From: Candidatus Oxydemutator sp.
GTDB taxonomy: Bacteria > Pseudomonadota > Gammaproteobacteria > Poriferisulfidales > Oxydemutatoraceae
Direction: 5' to 3'
Assembly: GCA_965203445.1 (NCBI GenBank)
Contig: OZ241883.1
Span: 2,304,001 to 2,368,000, forward strand
Length of the DNA stretch: 64,000 bases
The translations under genes and the position numbers were made by a program. Positions 59,601-62,095 of the stretch are shown here, in pieces. A model generated the notes under the pieces. The model saw only the letters and a list, made by a program, of their open reading frames with translations, did no database searches and was not told the origin of the DNA. Within the stretch, counting starts at the first letter, position 1; each line of letters opens with the position of its first letter.

Positions 59601-61899
59601 CTATCGTCACCGTGAGCGCGCTCTTGTCCGGATCTATAGTCACCCTCTCGGGAGCAGACGCCTGCGAAACAAAGCCCAAATTCACGGTGAACGTCTCCGC
59701 ACCCTCGGCGACGTCGTCATTGATCAGAACCACGCTGCCACACGAGCTGTCGACGCTTCTGCCAAAGGGGCCTATCATCACCGTGGCGGAAGACACGTAG
59801 TCGTCGCCCGCCACGGCGCTGCCGTCCGCCACATTCAACGCCAAACTGAAGTCACTTCTCTCTATCAGCCCGCCAGTGCTCGGATCCGTGATTGCGACGC
59901 ACACGGAAGCCGACGAATCAACGCCCTCGGTCACCGTCAGCGTGGTCTGCTCGAAACCGATTGTGATTCCGTCGTCTTCCGCTATTGTGACCTCCGCCAC
60001 CGCGGGATTGATGGTGACTCTTTCCAGCGTCTGGCCCGGGGGCGCGGTCAAGTCCAGAAAAAAGCTCTCAGCGTCTTCACGTATCGCATCGTCCGTGATC
60101 TCAACAGCGAAGCATTGACGCCGAGTCCTATCCGAGAACGGCCCGACGTCCTGCTGATTGATCGAAGTAAAGTCGTTGGTGCCGGCGGTGCCCGGCCTGG
60201 TCGAGAGCTTCATCCCGATCCGCCGATCCAGAGGCTGCGTACTCAACGGCGTGGTTGCATCCACGCATACAGAATCACCACGAGCGTCCTCATCTATACT
60301 ATAGGAGGTTCTTGCAAAACCGACTACAACCGGGTCGTCGTCCTCTATCGTCACCGTCGCCATCTGCGTGGATTCCGAATAACCGGCGCTCACCAGCCGC
60401 AACGGGATGGTCTCCGCTTCCTCCGGTATCGCGTCGTCAATGATGCTTATCGTTACATCGGCCCGCGGGGCGCCCGACGCATTCAACGAAAACACGACCG
60501 ACGACGTCGACACGTCGTAATGAAAGAACGTGGCGCCTCCCGGCAGCGTCAGCATCGTGCCGTCGTCCAACGCCGCCACCGTGCCGGTGACCGAAAAATC
60601 GCTTATCCTCAGCGCTTCGTCCGAAAGCCGCACCGTCACCGTGACGACGGCGCCGGAACTTTCCACCGCCGAATACATCGAACTGGTGAAAACCACCGGC
60701 GGCCCCGTCAACTCGGCCGCCACCGCGCCGCGCTGCCGCGCGACCGAAAAACTGCTCGCCTGCAACACCGGATACTGCATCGAAGTGCCGAAGTCCCACG
60801 GATCGTCGTTGCCGTCCACGCCGGTCCTGGTGCTGCCGTCCACGTCTATATTCCAGTTCGCGTAGATGCCGCTGTAGGTCGTCGGCGTCTGCAACGACGC
60901 GGTGTCGGTGCCAATCGCGCCGCTGCCGGCGCTTTCGGCCAAGCCGCTGGCCTCGGTATCCCAGTAGGAGTCCTTATAGTTGTCGCCGCCGGACATAGTT
61001 GTACTCCACCCCACCAGACCGCCCGCGTTGGTCGTGCCGGTGACTTGGCCCGCCGCGTAACTGGCTATTATTCTTTCTCTACCCATAGCCGCGTTCCCTC
61101 CCAACAAACCGCCCGCCCCATTGCCACCGCGAACGTCTACTATCGCGTAGCTGGCCTTGATCCTCACGCCAACTGAAAACGCCAGGTACCCCACCAAACC
61201 ACCTGTGTTAGACGTGCCGGATACGTCGCCTCCCGTTACGTGGCTGGTTACTACCGTTCCGGTGCTGACGTATCCCACTAACGCGCCAACCCACTGCCGC
61301 CCGGTTACGTCCACGTCCTCCATACCGACGTTTCTGATGCCCGGAGTGTCTTCCCCGGAGTGATCGGCACTGACCTTGAAGCCGAAGTGGCCGAATAAAC
61401 CCACGCGATCAGAGGTTGGGCGATTGATAAACAGGTTTTCAATGACGTGCCCCCTGCCGTCAAAGTCGGCAATATAAGGATCGTCCGCACTGCCTATCGG
61501 CTGCCAGCCTGCGCCGTCGTTCCGATAGAGGTCGTCGCTGCGGGTGCTGGTGCTGCCGGTGTTGAAATCCAGGTTGTTCAACAACTCGTAGCCGTTGCAC
61601 GAAGACGCGGTGCACGTAGTGGCAAAGGCCGCGGCGTAGTTCGCGGCGTTGTCCTGGGAATCCGCGGCGCCGTCGCCGTTCAAATCCCAGCGTATCGCGT
61701 TTAATTGTTGCAGCGTGGTTACGTCAATCAGTCGGGGGTCGTTCTGCGTCTGCGCCGCGAGCGGTTGCGGGGTCAGCACCAGCAGCGACGCGACAAAGAG
61801 CGACGTCCAGGCAAGCGGTTCTGAACGCGCGGAACACCGGCGCACGCCCAGGCCCATACTCCGCTTGTAGAGGAAGGGACAGGTAATAGAAAATGCCAT
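29611..61899 (-). CDS. Giant (~10,760 aa) secreted GLUG/Calx-beta repeat adhesin-like protein with C-terminal dockerin-like domain
   Basis: Uninterrupted 32.3-kb ORF. Start placed at ATG 61899 (MAFSITCPFLYKRSMGLGV...; alternative ATG 61857). Signal peptide ...LLVLTPQPLAA|Q, a head module, 3 Calx-beta-like domains, 20 units of ~480 aa, and the shared tail. Confidence 0.9.
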   Translation of the reverse strand: MAFSITCPFLYKRSMGLGVRRCSARSEPLAWTSLFVASLLVLTPQPLAAQTQNDPRLIDVTTLQQLNAIRWDLNGDGAADSQDNAANYAAAFATTCTASSCNGYELLNNLDFNTGSTSTRSDDLYRNDGAGWQPIGSADDPYIADFDGRGHVIENLFINRPTSDRVGLFGHFGFKVSADHSGEDTPGIRNVGMEDVDVTGRQWVGALVGYVSTGTVVTSHVTGGDVSGTSNTGGLVGYLAFSVGVRIKASYAIVDVRGGNGAGGLLGGNAAMGRERIIASYAAGQVTGTTNAGGLVGWSTTMSGGDNYKDSYWDTEASGLAESAGSGAIGTDTASLQTPTTYSGIYANWNIDVDGSTRTGVDGNDDPWDFGTSMQYPVLQASSFSVARQRGAVAAELTGPPVVFTSSMYSAVESSGAVVTVTVRLSDEALRISDFSVTGTVAALDDGTMLTLPGGATFFHYDVSTSSVVFSLNASGAPRADVTISIIDDAIPEEAETIPLRLVSAGYSESTQMATVTIEDDDPVVVGFARTSYSIDEDARGDSVCVDATTPLSTQPLDRRIGMKLSTRPGTAGTNDFTSINQQDVGPFSDRTRRQCFAVEITDDAIREDAESFFLDLTAPPGQTLERVTINPAVAEVTIAEDDGITIGFEQTTLTVTEGVDSSASVCVAITDPSTGGLIERSDFSLALNVADGSAVAGDDYVSSATVMIGPFGRSVDSSCGSVVLINDDVAEGAETFTVNLGFVSQASAPERVTIDPDKSALTVTIVDDDGGVSYDDDGDDLIDVRTVGQLDAMRWDLDGDGMPDDQARVTSYTAAFPSARPNMGCATTCRGYELWNDVDLSSVGNWTPIGGGYSPASPAWTGSWNQYPTSIRYEGVFEGNGHVIRNMKITRDSGNRYDYVSLFGTLGNTGVIRSVGMENVNVNAPDSEGVAALVGVSYGKIAASYAVSGTVSGSWDVGGLVGEMKGGIVIASYSDVAVHGVGQRAGGLIGTGEGSSVVNASYTVGKPTGGGSHRGGLIGHRGSAVKIQSSYFDSERSGESSCCGGTTAPSPDETPQTPAKLRAPIAADGIYAGWDRLNVDDTTGTVMGVLTLNDDSPWDFGSSLQYPVLHGQGERYPAGNTTATRVQRQRQPPVLATLSQRGRRVVVEGFAATYAVELGSRAAEPVTMSWSVELTGGVAGHADAADFDGATSGEVVLVNTDSVVFRVEIAGDAAMEPRETFRVRLSNLQGPDNLYLSTVSSAVVSTIPSNGGMDYDANDDGLIEVRTTTQLEAIRHDLRGEGRFGVDDEDLADYDLAFPSFDESATCLNTCRGYELSNDIDLSSVPNWAEKQIGGGYAQALSVWDGWNMQPESLRYNAVFEGRGHVIRNMNLTRSGARSDYVGLFGILGADGVIRSVGMENVNVSAPNSVGVGALVGYNFGKIAASYVAGGSVSGSWAVGGLVGEMSGGIVIAGYSNVRVHGAGERAGGLIGSDTGNSVVSASYTIGKPTGGGPDRGGLIGYRTSMEIQSSYFDLERSEESSCCGHNPPSPDETPQTTVQLRSPTAADGIYAGWDRLNVDDTSSTVMGVLTLNDDSPWDFGSPFQYPVLHGQSERFPAGNTTAIRAQHQRQPLVLATLSQRGDEVITEGSAVTYAVELRNGVADVVTVSWSVELTGDGDGHADAADFDGATSGEVVLVNTGSAVFRVEIAGDEAMEPRETFRVRLSDLPSLGGLRLSTVSSAVVSTIASNGGMDYDANDDGLIEVRTTTQLAAIRYDLRGEGRLGVGDGDLADYDRAFPSFDESATCLNTCKGYELLNEIDLPSDENWEPIGGGARTGFSNDVLPEEHRYNAVFEGNGYVIRNMKMVYGNEHTASRYDFVGLFRALGGDGVIRNVGLANVNVSVSRNSIQTGALAAANYGGKVAACYVAGGSVKGAWGVGGLVNSNVGGTIIASYADVTVWFPGSEAGGLVGGNASGGKIIASYSLGNVGLTGANWPISEPRHIGGLVGNNTAASDLIENSYFDTDSSGLSSGGTNVSATTVKTTRELRSPVTAEGIYAAWGGLNVDDTTGTVMGMETLNDDNPWDFRTNLDYPVLRGISARYPNGNTTGVLAQRTAADVLVTLSQDEGRKLEGEAAEYAVTLGAYGAGAVTMSWSVELTGTGLGHADALDFDGATSGEVVLVGTDSAVFRITIRDDDASETTETFRVRLSNPRGLGGLRLSAASSAVVSVIERSDEIDYDTDGDTLIEVATPLQLSAIRHDLGGAGLTGVGSANVLAYLAAFPSFDQRRTCPTTCTGYELSNDLDLSGISNWKPIGGGLTQAPWGTPPPDRRYQAVFEGNGHVISNVTIRSANNAADRFDNVGFFGAVGVTGRIRNVGLNNVHTDMAGSSLGAGALVGYNAGKVAACYVVGDVRQVRGGWSLGALVGRLDGGVVIASYADVRVHQWPPGRNVGGLIGAVENGGIVSASYAISRLSRLHGLQGSPSGGLVGDYISGTIQTSYFDEGRSGQSACCGSNKPTPDNAPRTSSQLRAPTMAAGTIYEGWDRLNVDDTSSTVMGVLTLNDDSPWDFGTGFDYPVLRGVSARYPRGNTTATRAQRRGQPPVLATLSQRGRKVVVEGFAATYAVELDGHSDDVVTMSWSVELTGDGDGHADAADFDGATSGEVVLAGTDSAVFGVAIAGDAMDEPRETFRVRLSNLQGPDNLRLSTVSPAVVSTIASSEGMDYDVDGDGLIEVRTTTQLAAIHHDLRGEGKIGVDDEDLADYDLAFPSFDESATCPNTCKGYELLNDIDLSSVQNWTPIGGGYSPASPAWTGSWNQYPTSIRYEGVFEGNGHVIRNMKITRDSGNRYDYVSLFGTLGNTGVIRSVGMENVNVNAPDSEGVAALVGVSYGKIAASYAVSGTVSGSWDVGGLVGEMKGGIVIACYSDVAVHGVGQRAGGLIGTGTGDSIVSASYTVGKPTGGGSHRGGLIGHRESTVKIQSSYFDSERSGESSCCGGTTAPSPDETPRTSVQLRAPTMADGIYAGWDKLDVDGVDQGGDDDLNDDGPWDFGTSFDYPVLRGVSARYPDGNTTAIRVQRRGQPPVLATLSQRTIGAIAEGSAAEYVVELDSHGASPVTLSWSVELTGDGDGHADAADFPATAGTITLVDTDSVVFRVAIAGDEAEEPRETFRVRLSNVQGADNLRVSTVSSAVVSTIASSGGMDYDANDDGLIEVRTTTQLAAIHYDLRGEGRLGVDDEDLADYDLAFPSFDESATCPNTCKGYELLNDVDLSSVRNWTPIGGGITQGSPGWSSWQQRPLHISYGAVFEGNGHVIRNMRIRRDGERDDYMGLFSILSSTGVIRNVGMEGVNVSAPPSVWVGALAGYNFGKIAASYAVNGSVRGFWATGGLVGGVGGGIVIASYSAVSAHGVANAQRVGGLIGNDDGGGSIVSASYTIGVPSGGDPHRGGLVGYRQLFQEQPSLVIPLEIQSSYFDGERSGESSCCGHNPPSTDRDTRKTSAELRTPIAADDFYTGWDKLDVDGVDQNGDDDLNDDSPWDFGTGFDYPVLRGVSARYLDGNTTATRVQRRGQPPVLATLSQRTIGATPEGSAVEYAVELDGRGADPVTLSWSVELTGVGAGHADAADFTEATRGTVTLVNTDSAVFRITVGDDDVSEVPETFRVRLSNVQGPDNLRLSDASSSVVSSIAFGGTNYDADGDNLIEVATTSQLSAIRYDLGGVGLAGVSSANEADYLAAFDLFDEAKTCPSTCTGYELSNDLDLSDADWTPIGGATRRSRVGPDNSNTPPLDGRYQGGFEGNGHVIRNMRVRSPSQNWHYVGLFGALGEAGWVRGVGLRDVVVDVRGGYSGSIGAGALVGHSYGRVAASYVSGGSVSGGWEVGGLTGANGGTLIASYADVSVAATDRSLGGLVGSLSGSGVVSASYSVSRVVRSTNSRTVGGLVGGRSGSSVLSASYFDSGRSGEERCCGERWPSPDDAPKTSNDLRTPTTAAGTIYEGWDRLNVDDTSSTVMGVLTLNDDSPWDFGTVFDYPVLVFGGSAGTRMARRTSQQQAQPAVTLTPTLGGSVTVSRGGIASYVVSLPGALPPGASAHWDWSVGGDEVGDDDFVGTTAGSVVIGSGALSASFSLRVRDDDVTESSKVMVVTLSNAEITGAPARVSLSVPVSSVMTTIEASGMMDYDVDDDTLIEVATTSQLAAIRHDLGGVGLAGVSGDANRAAYLAAFPSFGRRQTCPSTCTGYELSADLDLSSVEPHPGPGWTPLGGGVEVQDFPGDYYTAVFEGNGHVISNLRVNRDEEWYQVGLFGAVSASGTIRNVGLRNARVEVAASGPGQSPFVGALVGDNRGKVAASYVSGGRISSGYAVGGLIGINSGRVVASYADVAVYAFSTVGGLVGQAAGPASVVSASYSVGRVTGIFPPIGGLIGSGFRTSVVESSYFDKERGVQSDCCGSKASHQLRTPTTAAGTIYAGWDKLNVDDVDQGRDGDLNDDSPWDFGSAFDYPVLVFGGATETRAARRISQQETLALLVPTLAGSETVSEGGTASYVVRLPVVLPPGASARWDWAVGGGEVGIADFVGAITGTVVVGSGASSASFSLRVRDDAAPESSEVLVVTLTGARLTGAPAHVGLGVPAASVRTIIEASSGTDYDDDADGLIDVETTSQLAAIRYDLGGAGLAGVSDANRDDYLAAFPFFDERLTCPSTCTGYELSADLDLSGVEPAPGPGWTPLGGGIPRDDSPVDYYTAVFEGNGHVISNLRMARSGQWYHMGLFGAVGADGRIRNVGLRNARVDLGSDGNHIGALVGTNEGEVAASYVSGGRISGELYVGGLIGNHNGRLVASYADVEVHADASNAGGLVGVAGFASVVSASYSVGKTTGGSLPSGGLIGNMPVGAVVESSYFDAGRSGQDRCCGFNAPDPDRTSKTSSELRTPTTAAGTIYAGWDKLNVDGVDQGDDRDYNDDSPWDFGSVFDYPVLVFGGATETRAARRLSQQRALALLVPTLAGSETVSEGGTASYVVRLPMVLPPGVSASWDWAVGGGEVGAADFVGATTGNVAIASGAVSASFSVRVRDDDEPELSEVLVVALTGARLTGAPAHVSLGVPVSVRTTIEAGGEIDYDFDNDTLIDVETTSQLAAIRYDLGGAGLAGVSDANRDDYLAAFPVFGVEQTCPSTCTGYELSADLDLSSVEPAPGPGWTPIGGGGDALLDDDYYTAVFEGNGHVISNMRVVRADGRLSHTGLFGAVSAVGTIRNVGLRNAWVSVVAHSTYIGALVGRNEGQVVASYVSGGRISGVWAVGGLIGGNFGRLVASYANVEVHTAEGANVGGLVGEAGGASVMSASYSVGKLTGATAGGLIGQRLAGAVVESSYFDTGRSLQTSCCGTAPGDTDNVAPKTSNQLRAPTTAAGTIYAGWDKLDVDGVDQGGDDDLNDDSPWDFGSVFDYPVLVFGGATDTEAARRTLQQEAQPEISLAVTFTGSATVSEGGTASYVVRLPMALPPGVSARWDWSVSGGEVGIADFVGATTGNVAIASGAVSASFSVRVRDDDEPELSEVLVVTLTGARLTGAPAHVSLGVPASVRTTIEASGAIDYDFDNDTLIEVATTSQLAAIRHDLGGVGLAGVVGKANRDDYLAAFPAFGMEQTCPTTCTGYELSADLDLSSVEPAPGPGWTPIGGGVNALLDDDYYTAVFEGNGHVISNMRVARDGRFSHTGLFGAVSATGTIRNVGLRNARVSVDADHSTFIGALVGLNRGEVVASYVSGGRISGVWGVGGLIGVNYGRLVACYADVEVHAGGGTVGGLVGEVRAPSVVNASYSVGKPTGNDAVGGLMGQFVGGVVESSYFDVERSLQASCCGTDPQNLDNVAPRMSSELHVPTTTAGTIYAGWDKLDVDGVDQGDDGDLNDDSPWDFGSVFDYPVLVFGGATDTEAARRTSQQETQPEVSLAVTFAGSAAVSEGGTASYVVSLPGALPAGVSASWSWAVGGGEVGADDFVGTTAGSVVIASGAVSASFSLRVRDDLVTELAEVMVVTLTGAKITGAPARVSLGVPVSVRTTIEASGKIDYDVDDDNLIEVTTMSQLSAIRYDLGGVGLAGVGSANEADYLAAFPLYDVVQTCPSTCTGYELSADLDLPSGQNWDPIGDDANRYQAVFEGNGHVISNMEIRAPDNGNYHYRGLFGSLGAGGTIRNVGLSDVHIELRGDSFQTGALAGASRGKIAASYVAGGLINGVWRVGGLVGTLYTNATMIASYTDVEVRARNEENDGSAAGGLIGTAESGSIVSASYAIGRTTAVGDEDGGLIGERDSQARIQKSYFDTGRSGQSDCCGQNTRQSDSGTGRTSAQLRAPTMADGIYAGWDKLNVDGVDQNGDDDLNDDSPWDFGTGFDYPVLRGVSARYPDGNTTAIRAQRRGQPPVLATLSQRTSGTTPEGSAVEYAVELDGRGAIPVTLSWSVELTGVGAGHADAADFTEVTRGTVTLVNTDSAVFRITVGDDDESEVPETFRVRLSNPRGLERLRLSDASSSVVSSIAFGGTNYDADGDNLIDVATTSQLSAMRYDLGGVGLAGVSSANEADYLAAFDLFDEAKTCPSTCTGYELSADLDLSDADWTPIGGATRQSRVGPDNSNTPPLDGRYQGGFEGNGHVIRNMRIRSPSQNWHYVGLFGALGEAGWVRGVGLRDVVVDVQRGYSGSIGAGALVGYSYGRVAASYVSGGSVSGGWAVGGLTGVNDGTLIASYADVSVAATDRSLGGLVGSLSGSGVVSASYSVSRVVRSTNSRTVGGLVGSRSGSSVLSVSYFDSGRSGEERCCGERWPSPDDAPKTSAELRTPTTAAGTIYEGWDRLNVDRVDQSGDGDYNDDSPWDFGTSFDYPVLRGVSARYPDGNTTAIRAQRRGQPLVLVTLSQRTSGAIAEGSAVEYAVELDGRGAIPVTMSWSVELSGVGPGHAEAADFSGVTRGQVVLINTDSAVLEVQIIEDGTPERAERFRVRLSNLLAPDNLRLSAPGSAVVSVIASHGMNYDLDGNNLIDVRTTTQLSAIRYDLRGAGLAGVDGGDLATAAYQEAFPFFDEDETCPDGCRGYELLNDVDLSSVASGTNWEPIGDDTNRYQAVFEGNGHVISNMEIRAPDNDDYHYRGLFGFLGAGGTIRNVGLSDVHMELRGASSQTGALAGASRGRIAASYVVGGLVNGVWRVGGLVGTLHTSATMIASYTDVEVRARNENDQGNSAGGLIGVAESGSIVSASYAIGRTTAVGDQDGGLIGERDSQARIQKSYFDSERSGESSCCGGTTAPSPDETPRTSVQLRAPTAAAGTIYAGWDKLNVDGVDQSGDDDLNDDSPWDFGTGFDYPVLRGVSALYPGGNTTATRVQRQSQPPVLVALSQRGDEVTAEGSAAEYAVELDGHSDDVVTMSWSVELTGVGDGHADATDFPTTMGTITLVDTDSAVFRVAIAGDEALEPRETFRVRLSNVQGADNLHLSTVSSAVVSTIASSGGMDYDANDDGLIEVRTTTQLSAIRYDLRGGGRLGVGDGDLPDYDLAFPSFDESATCPNTCKGYELLNDMDLSSVQNWTPIGGGYSPASPAWTGLWNAFPESIRYEGVFEGNGRVVRNMRISRASRYDYVGLFGTLGSAGVIRSVGMVGVSVDVPPGSGSGGAAALAGVSYGKIAASYAVSGTVSGSWAVGGLIGEIIGGTVIAGYSDVAVHGGGVRAGGLIGSGTGDSIVSASYTVGIPTGGGSHRGGLIGHRESTVKIQSSYFDSERSGESSCCGGTTAPSPDETPRTSVQLRTPTMADGIYAGWDKLDVDGVDQGGDDDLNDDGPWDFGTSFDYPVLRGVSARYPDGNTTAARVQRRGQPPVLATLSQRTIGAIAEGSAAEYVVELDSHGASPVTLSWSVELTGDGGGHADAADFPATAGTITLVDTDSVVFRVAIAGDAALEPRETFRVRLSNVQGADNLRVSTVSSAVVSTIASSGGMDYDANDDGLIEVRTTTQLAAIHYDLRGEGRLGVDDEDLADYDLAFPSFDESATCPNTCKGYELLNDVDLSSVRNWTPIGGGITQGSPGWSSWQQRPLHISYSAVFEGNGHVIRNMRIRRDGERDDYMGLFSILSSTGAIRNVGMEGVNVNASPSVWVGALAGYNFGKIAASYAVNGSVRGFWATGGLVGGVGGGIVIASYSAVSAHGVANAQRVGGLIGNDDGGGSIVSASYTIGVPSGGDPHRGGLLGYRQLFQEQPSLVIPLEIQSSYYDGERSGESSCCGHNPPSTDRDTRKTSAELRTPIAADDFYTGWDKLDVDGVDQNGDDDLNDDSPWDFGTSFDYPVLRGVSARYLDGNTTAIRAQRRGQPPVFATLSQRTTGTIAEDSAMEYVVALDGHGATPVTLSWSVELTGDGDGHADALDFDGATSGEVVLVNTDSAVFRVAIAGDEALEPRETFRVRLSNLQGPDSLRLSTVSSAVVSTIASSGGMDYDANDDGLIEVRTTTQLAAIRYDLRGEGRLGVGGEDLADYDLAFPSFDESATCPGTCKGYELLNDVDLSGMAWEPIGGGARGLSGKVLPEEHRYNAVFEGNGYVIGNMEVLARNDIWHFVGLFRALGAGGVIRNVGLANVNVEVHISSTLTGALAGANYGGKVAASYVAGGTVRGGLGVGGLVAGNGGTIIASYTDVTVDAGNSRVGGLVGENYSGGKIIASYSSGRVRRTLPRLSVTPYLGGLVGENRAASTAIESSYFDGDRSGLSSGGTNVPSSSLRTSRELRSPTAATGIYAAWAGLNVDDTTGTVMGVLTLDDDNPWDFGTGFDYPVLRGVSVRYLGGNTTATRVQRRGQPPVFVTLSQRGDEVTAEGSTATYAVELGGGAADVVTMSWSVELTGVGDGHADAADFPATTGTITLVDTDSAVFGVAIAGDAMEEPRETFRVRLSNLQGADNLRLSTVSSAVVSTIASSGGTDYDANNDGLIEVRTTAQLAAIRYDLRGGGRLGVGDGDLPDYDVAFPSFDESATCPNTCKGYELLNDVDLSSVRNWTPIGGGITQAGEGAPANTRYEAVFEGNGHVISSMTITRSGATGYYHVGLFGALGAFGMIRSVGLVDVNVNISATDSVNTGGLVGTGYGTIAASYVVGKSAREAAPVRGYSVVGGLVGRMIGGVVIASYTDVPVIAQTAAGGLVGAMNDASIVSASYAIGRVSVQRSNGRIGGLVGERAGNTDEIQASYFDSGRSGQSSCCGHNPPSLDETPRTSEDLRTPIAADGIYTGWDELDVDGLHDDAPWDFGTSFDYPVLRGASARYPDGNSTSIRVQQRRQTPVLATLSQRTVEAIAEGSAAEYAVELDDHGATPVTLSWSVELTGVGAEHADAADFAGATSGEVVLAGTDSAVFSVTIEDDDVSEPRETFRVRLSNPRGLDRLRLSVASSAVVGTIERSDGIDYDDDGDNLIEVATTSQLSAIRYDLDGDGMPDEQAYVTTYTAAFPRAELNMGCAATCKGYELSNNLDLSSVENWTPIGGGYSPASPAWTGSWNQYPTSIRYEGVFEGNGHVIRNMKITRDSGNRYDYVSLFGTLGNTGVIRSVGMENVNVNAPDSEGVAALVGVSYGKIAASYAVSGTVSGSWDVGGLVGEMKGGIVIACYSDVAVHGVGQRAGGLIGTGEGSSVVNASYTVGKPTGGGSHRGGLIGHRGSAVKIQSSYFDSERSGESSCCGGTTAPSPDETPQTPAKLRAPIAADGIYAGWDRLNVDDTTGTVMSVETLNDDSPWDFGSSLQYPVLHGQGERYPAGNTTAIRVQRQRQPPVLATLSQRGRRVVVEGFAATYAVELGSRAAEPVTMSWTVELTGDGDGHADAFDFDGATSGEVVLAGTDSVVFGVAIAGDAAPEPRETFRVRLSNLQGPDGLRLSTVSSAVVSTIASSEGMDYDVDGDGLIEVRTTTQLEAIRHDLRGEGRLGVDDGDLADYDLAFPSFDESATCPNTCKGYELLNDIDLSSVPNWAEKQIGGGYAQALSVWNGWNMQPESLRYNAVFEGHGHVIRNMNLTRSGARSDYVGLFGILGADGVIRSVGMKNVNVSAPDSVGVGALVGYNFGKIAASYVAGGSVSGSWAVGGLVGEMNGGIVIAGYSNVRVHGAGERAGGLIGSDTGNSVVSASYTIGKPTGGGPHRGGLIGYRTSMEIQSSYFDLERSEESSCCGGTTAPSPDNSPKTSYDLHIPTMADGIYAGWDKLNVDDTTGTVMGIETLNDDNPWDFGTAFDYPVLKGVSDFFPSGNTTEIRAQRESQPAVKAAFAGSAMVSEGARARYTVSLPGALPSGVTASWNWNVDTSGGTSELDDIDGANNGNVSITAGNSSQSFQVAIKDDDGAELAETFSVELTNAMLSGAAGTLRLSTEALEAMTTIAANEFDQVTVAAAPAVVAEGATATFTVSLSGGANWAVTVEYELTTASEGLTSADLGGVLEIDRGGSAGVSVNALPVTGSITLGEDGTARVQVSVVADEVEKENSERFRLRLTNCPNCGSDHPAEIGEPKFAEVGIRSERGLVVAAGVYLEGAYRVADGDMGTFLNRALPRVQPYSVRPWNHAATTTVPRIEGVANANGMPSNVVDWMLLELRVVNTGFAPSAADPDSVPVGGVKAGLILSDGSIVGVNENATTTTDVLARQGVRFDAEIEPNKDVYLLLQHRNHLPILSARPLSTDCGDSSANYCIDYREVGASTDLYNGSCPMFRNNDRLFMITGDVNADGTIVSADADFANEALRLAAVLQLQATNNPASFRILRFRGTEFYMPSANVSLDEFLVSSDFERVVRQLRRPSGSLTRGRICRSSGR
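31320..33560. repeat. Near-identical copy of ~57140-59380 (modules A+B; offset 25,818 bp)
   Basis: Shadow ORFs 33019 and 58837 begin identically, and the same loop sequences recur (SPASPAWTGSWNQYPTSIRY; AEKQIGGGYAQALSVW). Boundaries approximate. Confidence 0.85.
36960..38800. repeat. Near-identical copy of ~51220-53060 (end of A-type module plus module E; offset 14,262 bp)
   Basis: Shadow ORFs 38776/53038 and 37807/52069 share the same offset, and the loop GITQGSPGWSSWQQRPLHISY occurs in both. Boundaries approximate. Confidence 0.85.
41490..42880. repeat. Near-identical copy of ~49970-51370 (module F; offset ~8,487 bp)
   Basis: Shadow ORFs 42392 and 50879; loop ATR[RQ]SRVGPDNSNTPPLDGRY occurs in both. 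Boundaries approximate. Confidence 0.85.
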
Positions 61900-62031
61900 C
61901 CTGCTACAGTAGTAAATCAAAGTGGTTCGGGCTGATCCAGCCCTTGTCCCGTCATAATAACACGGCGAACACACAGTATACTTCGGGAACACCCATAGGG
62001 GCGTTCCCTTACCGATGTATAAGGCCGCAAC

Positions 62032-62065
62032 GGCCCTCACCCCGACCCTCTCCCCGAGGGAGAAC
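62032..62065. repeat. BoxC-like extragenic element (CCCTCACCCCGACCCTCTCCC...GGGAGA)
   Basis: Resembles the widespread CCCTCACCC-N3-CCCTCTCCC...GGGAGAGG palindromic repeat (recalled, not searched). Confidence 0.55.
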
Positions 62066-62095
62066 GTCAAATTGGCAGGATGTCGCGCGGTGCGA

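Noticed and set aside
16758-61870. Repeated plus-strand ORFs inside the array (for example 16790-18886, 54001-55869 and 58837-61176)
   Set aside because: They are antisense shadows of the repetitive minus-strand genes and recur only because the modules recur.
29611-61899. CRISPR array, or NRPS/PKS, as the explanation for the long repeats
   Set aside because: The repeats are ~1.4-kb coding modules with no short repeat-spacer pattern, and there are no A/C/KS/carrier-domain motifs.
61900-62070. ORF-track N-terminal extension of the giant protein to TTG 62070
   Set aside because: It runs through the BoxC-like and hairpin elements and has no counterpart in the paralogs. Homology starts at PFLYKRS, just after ATG 61899.
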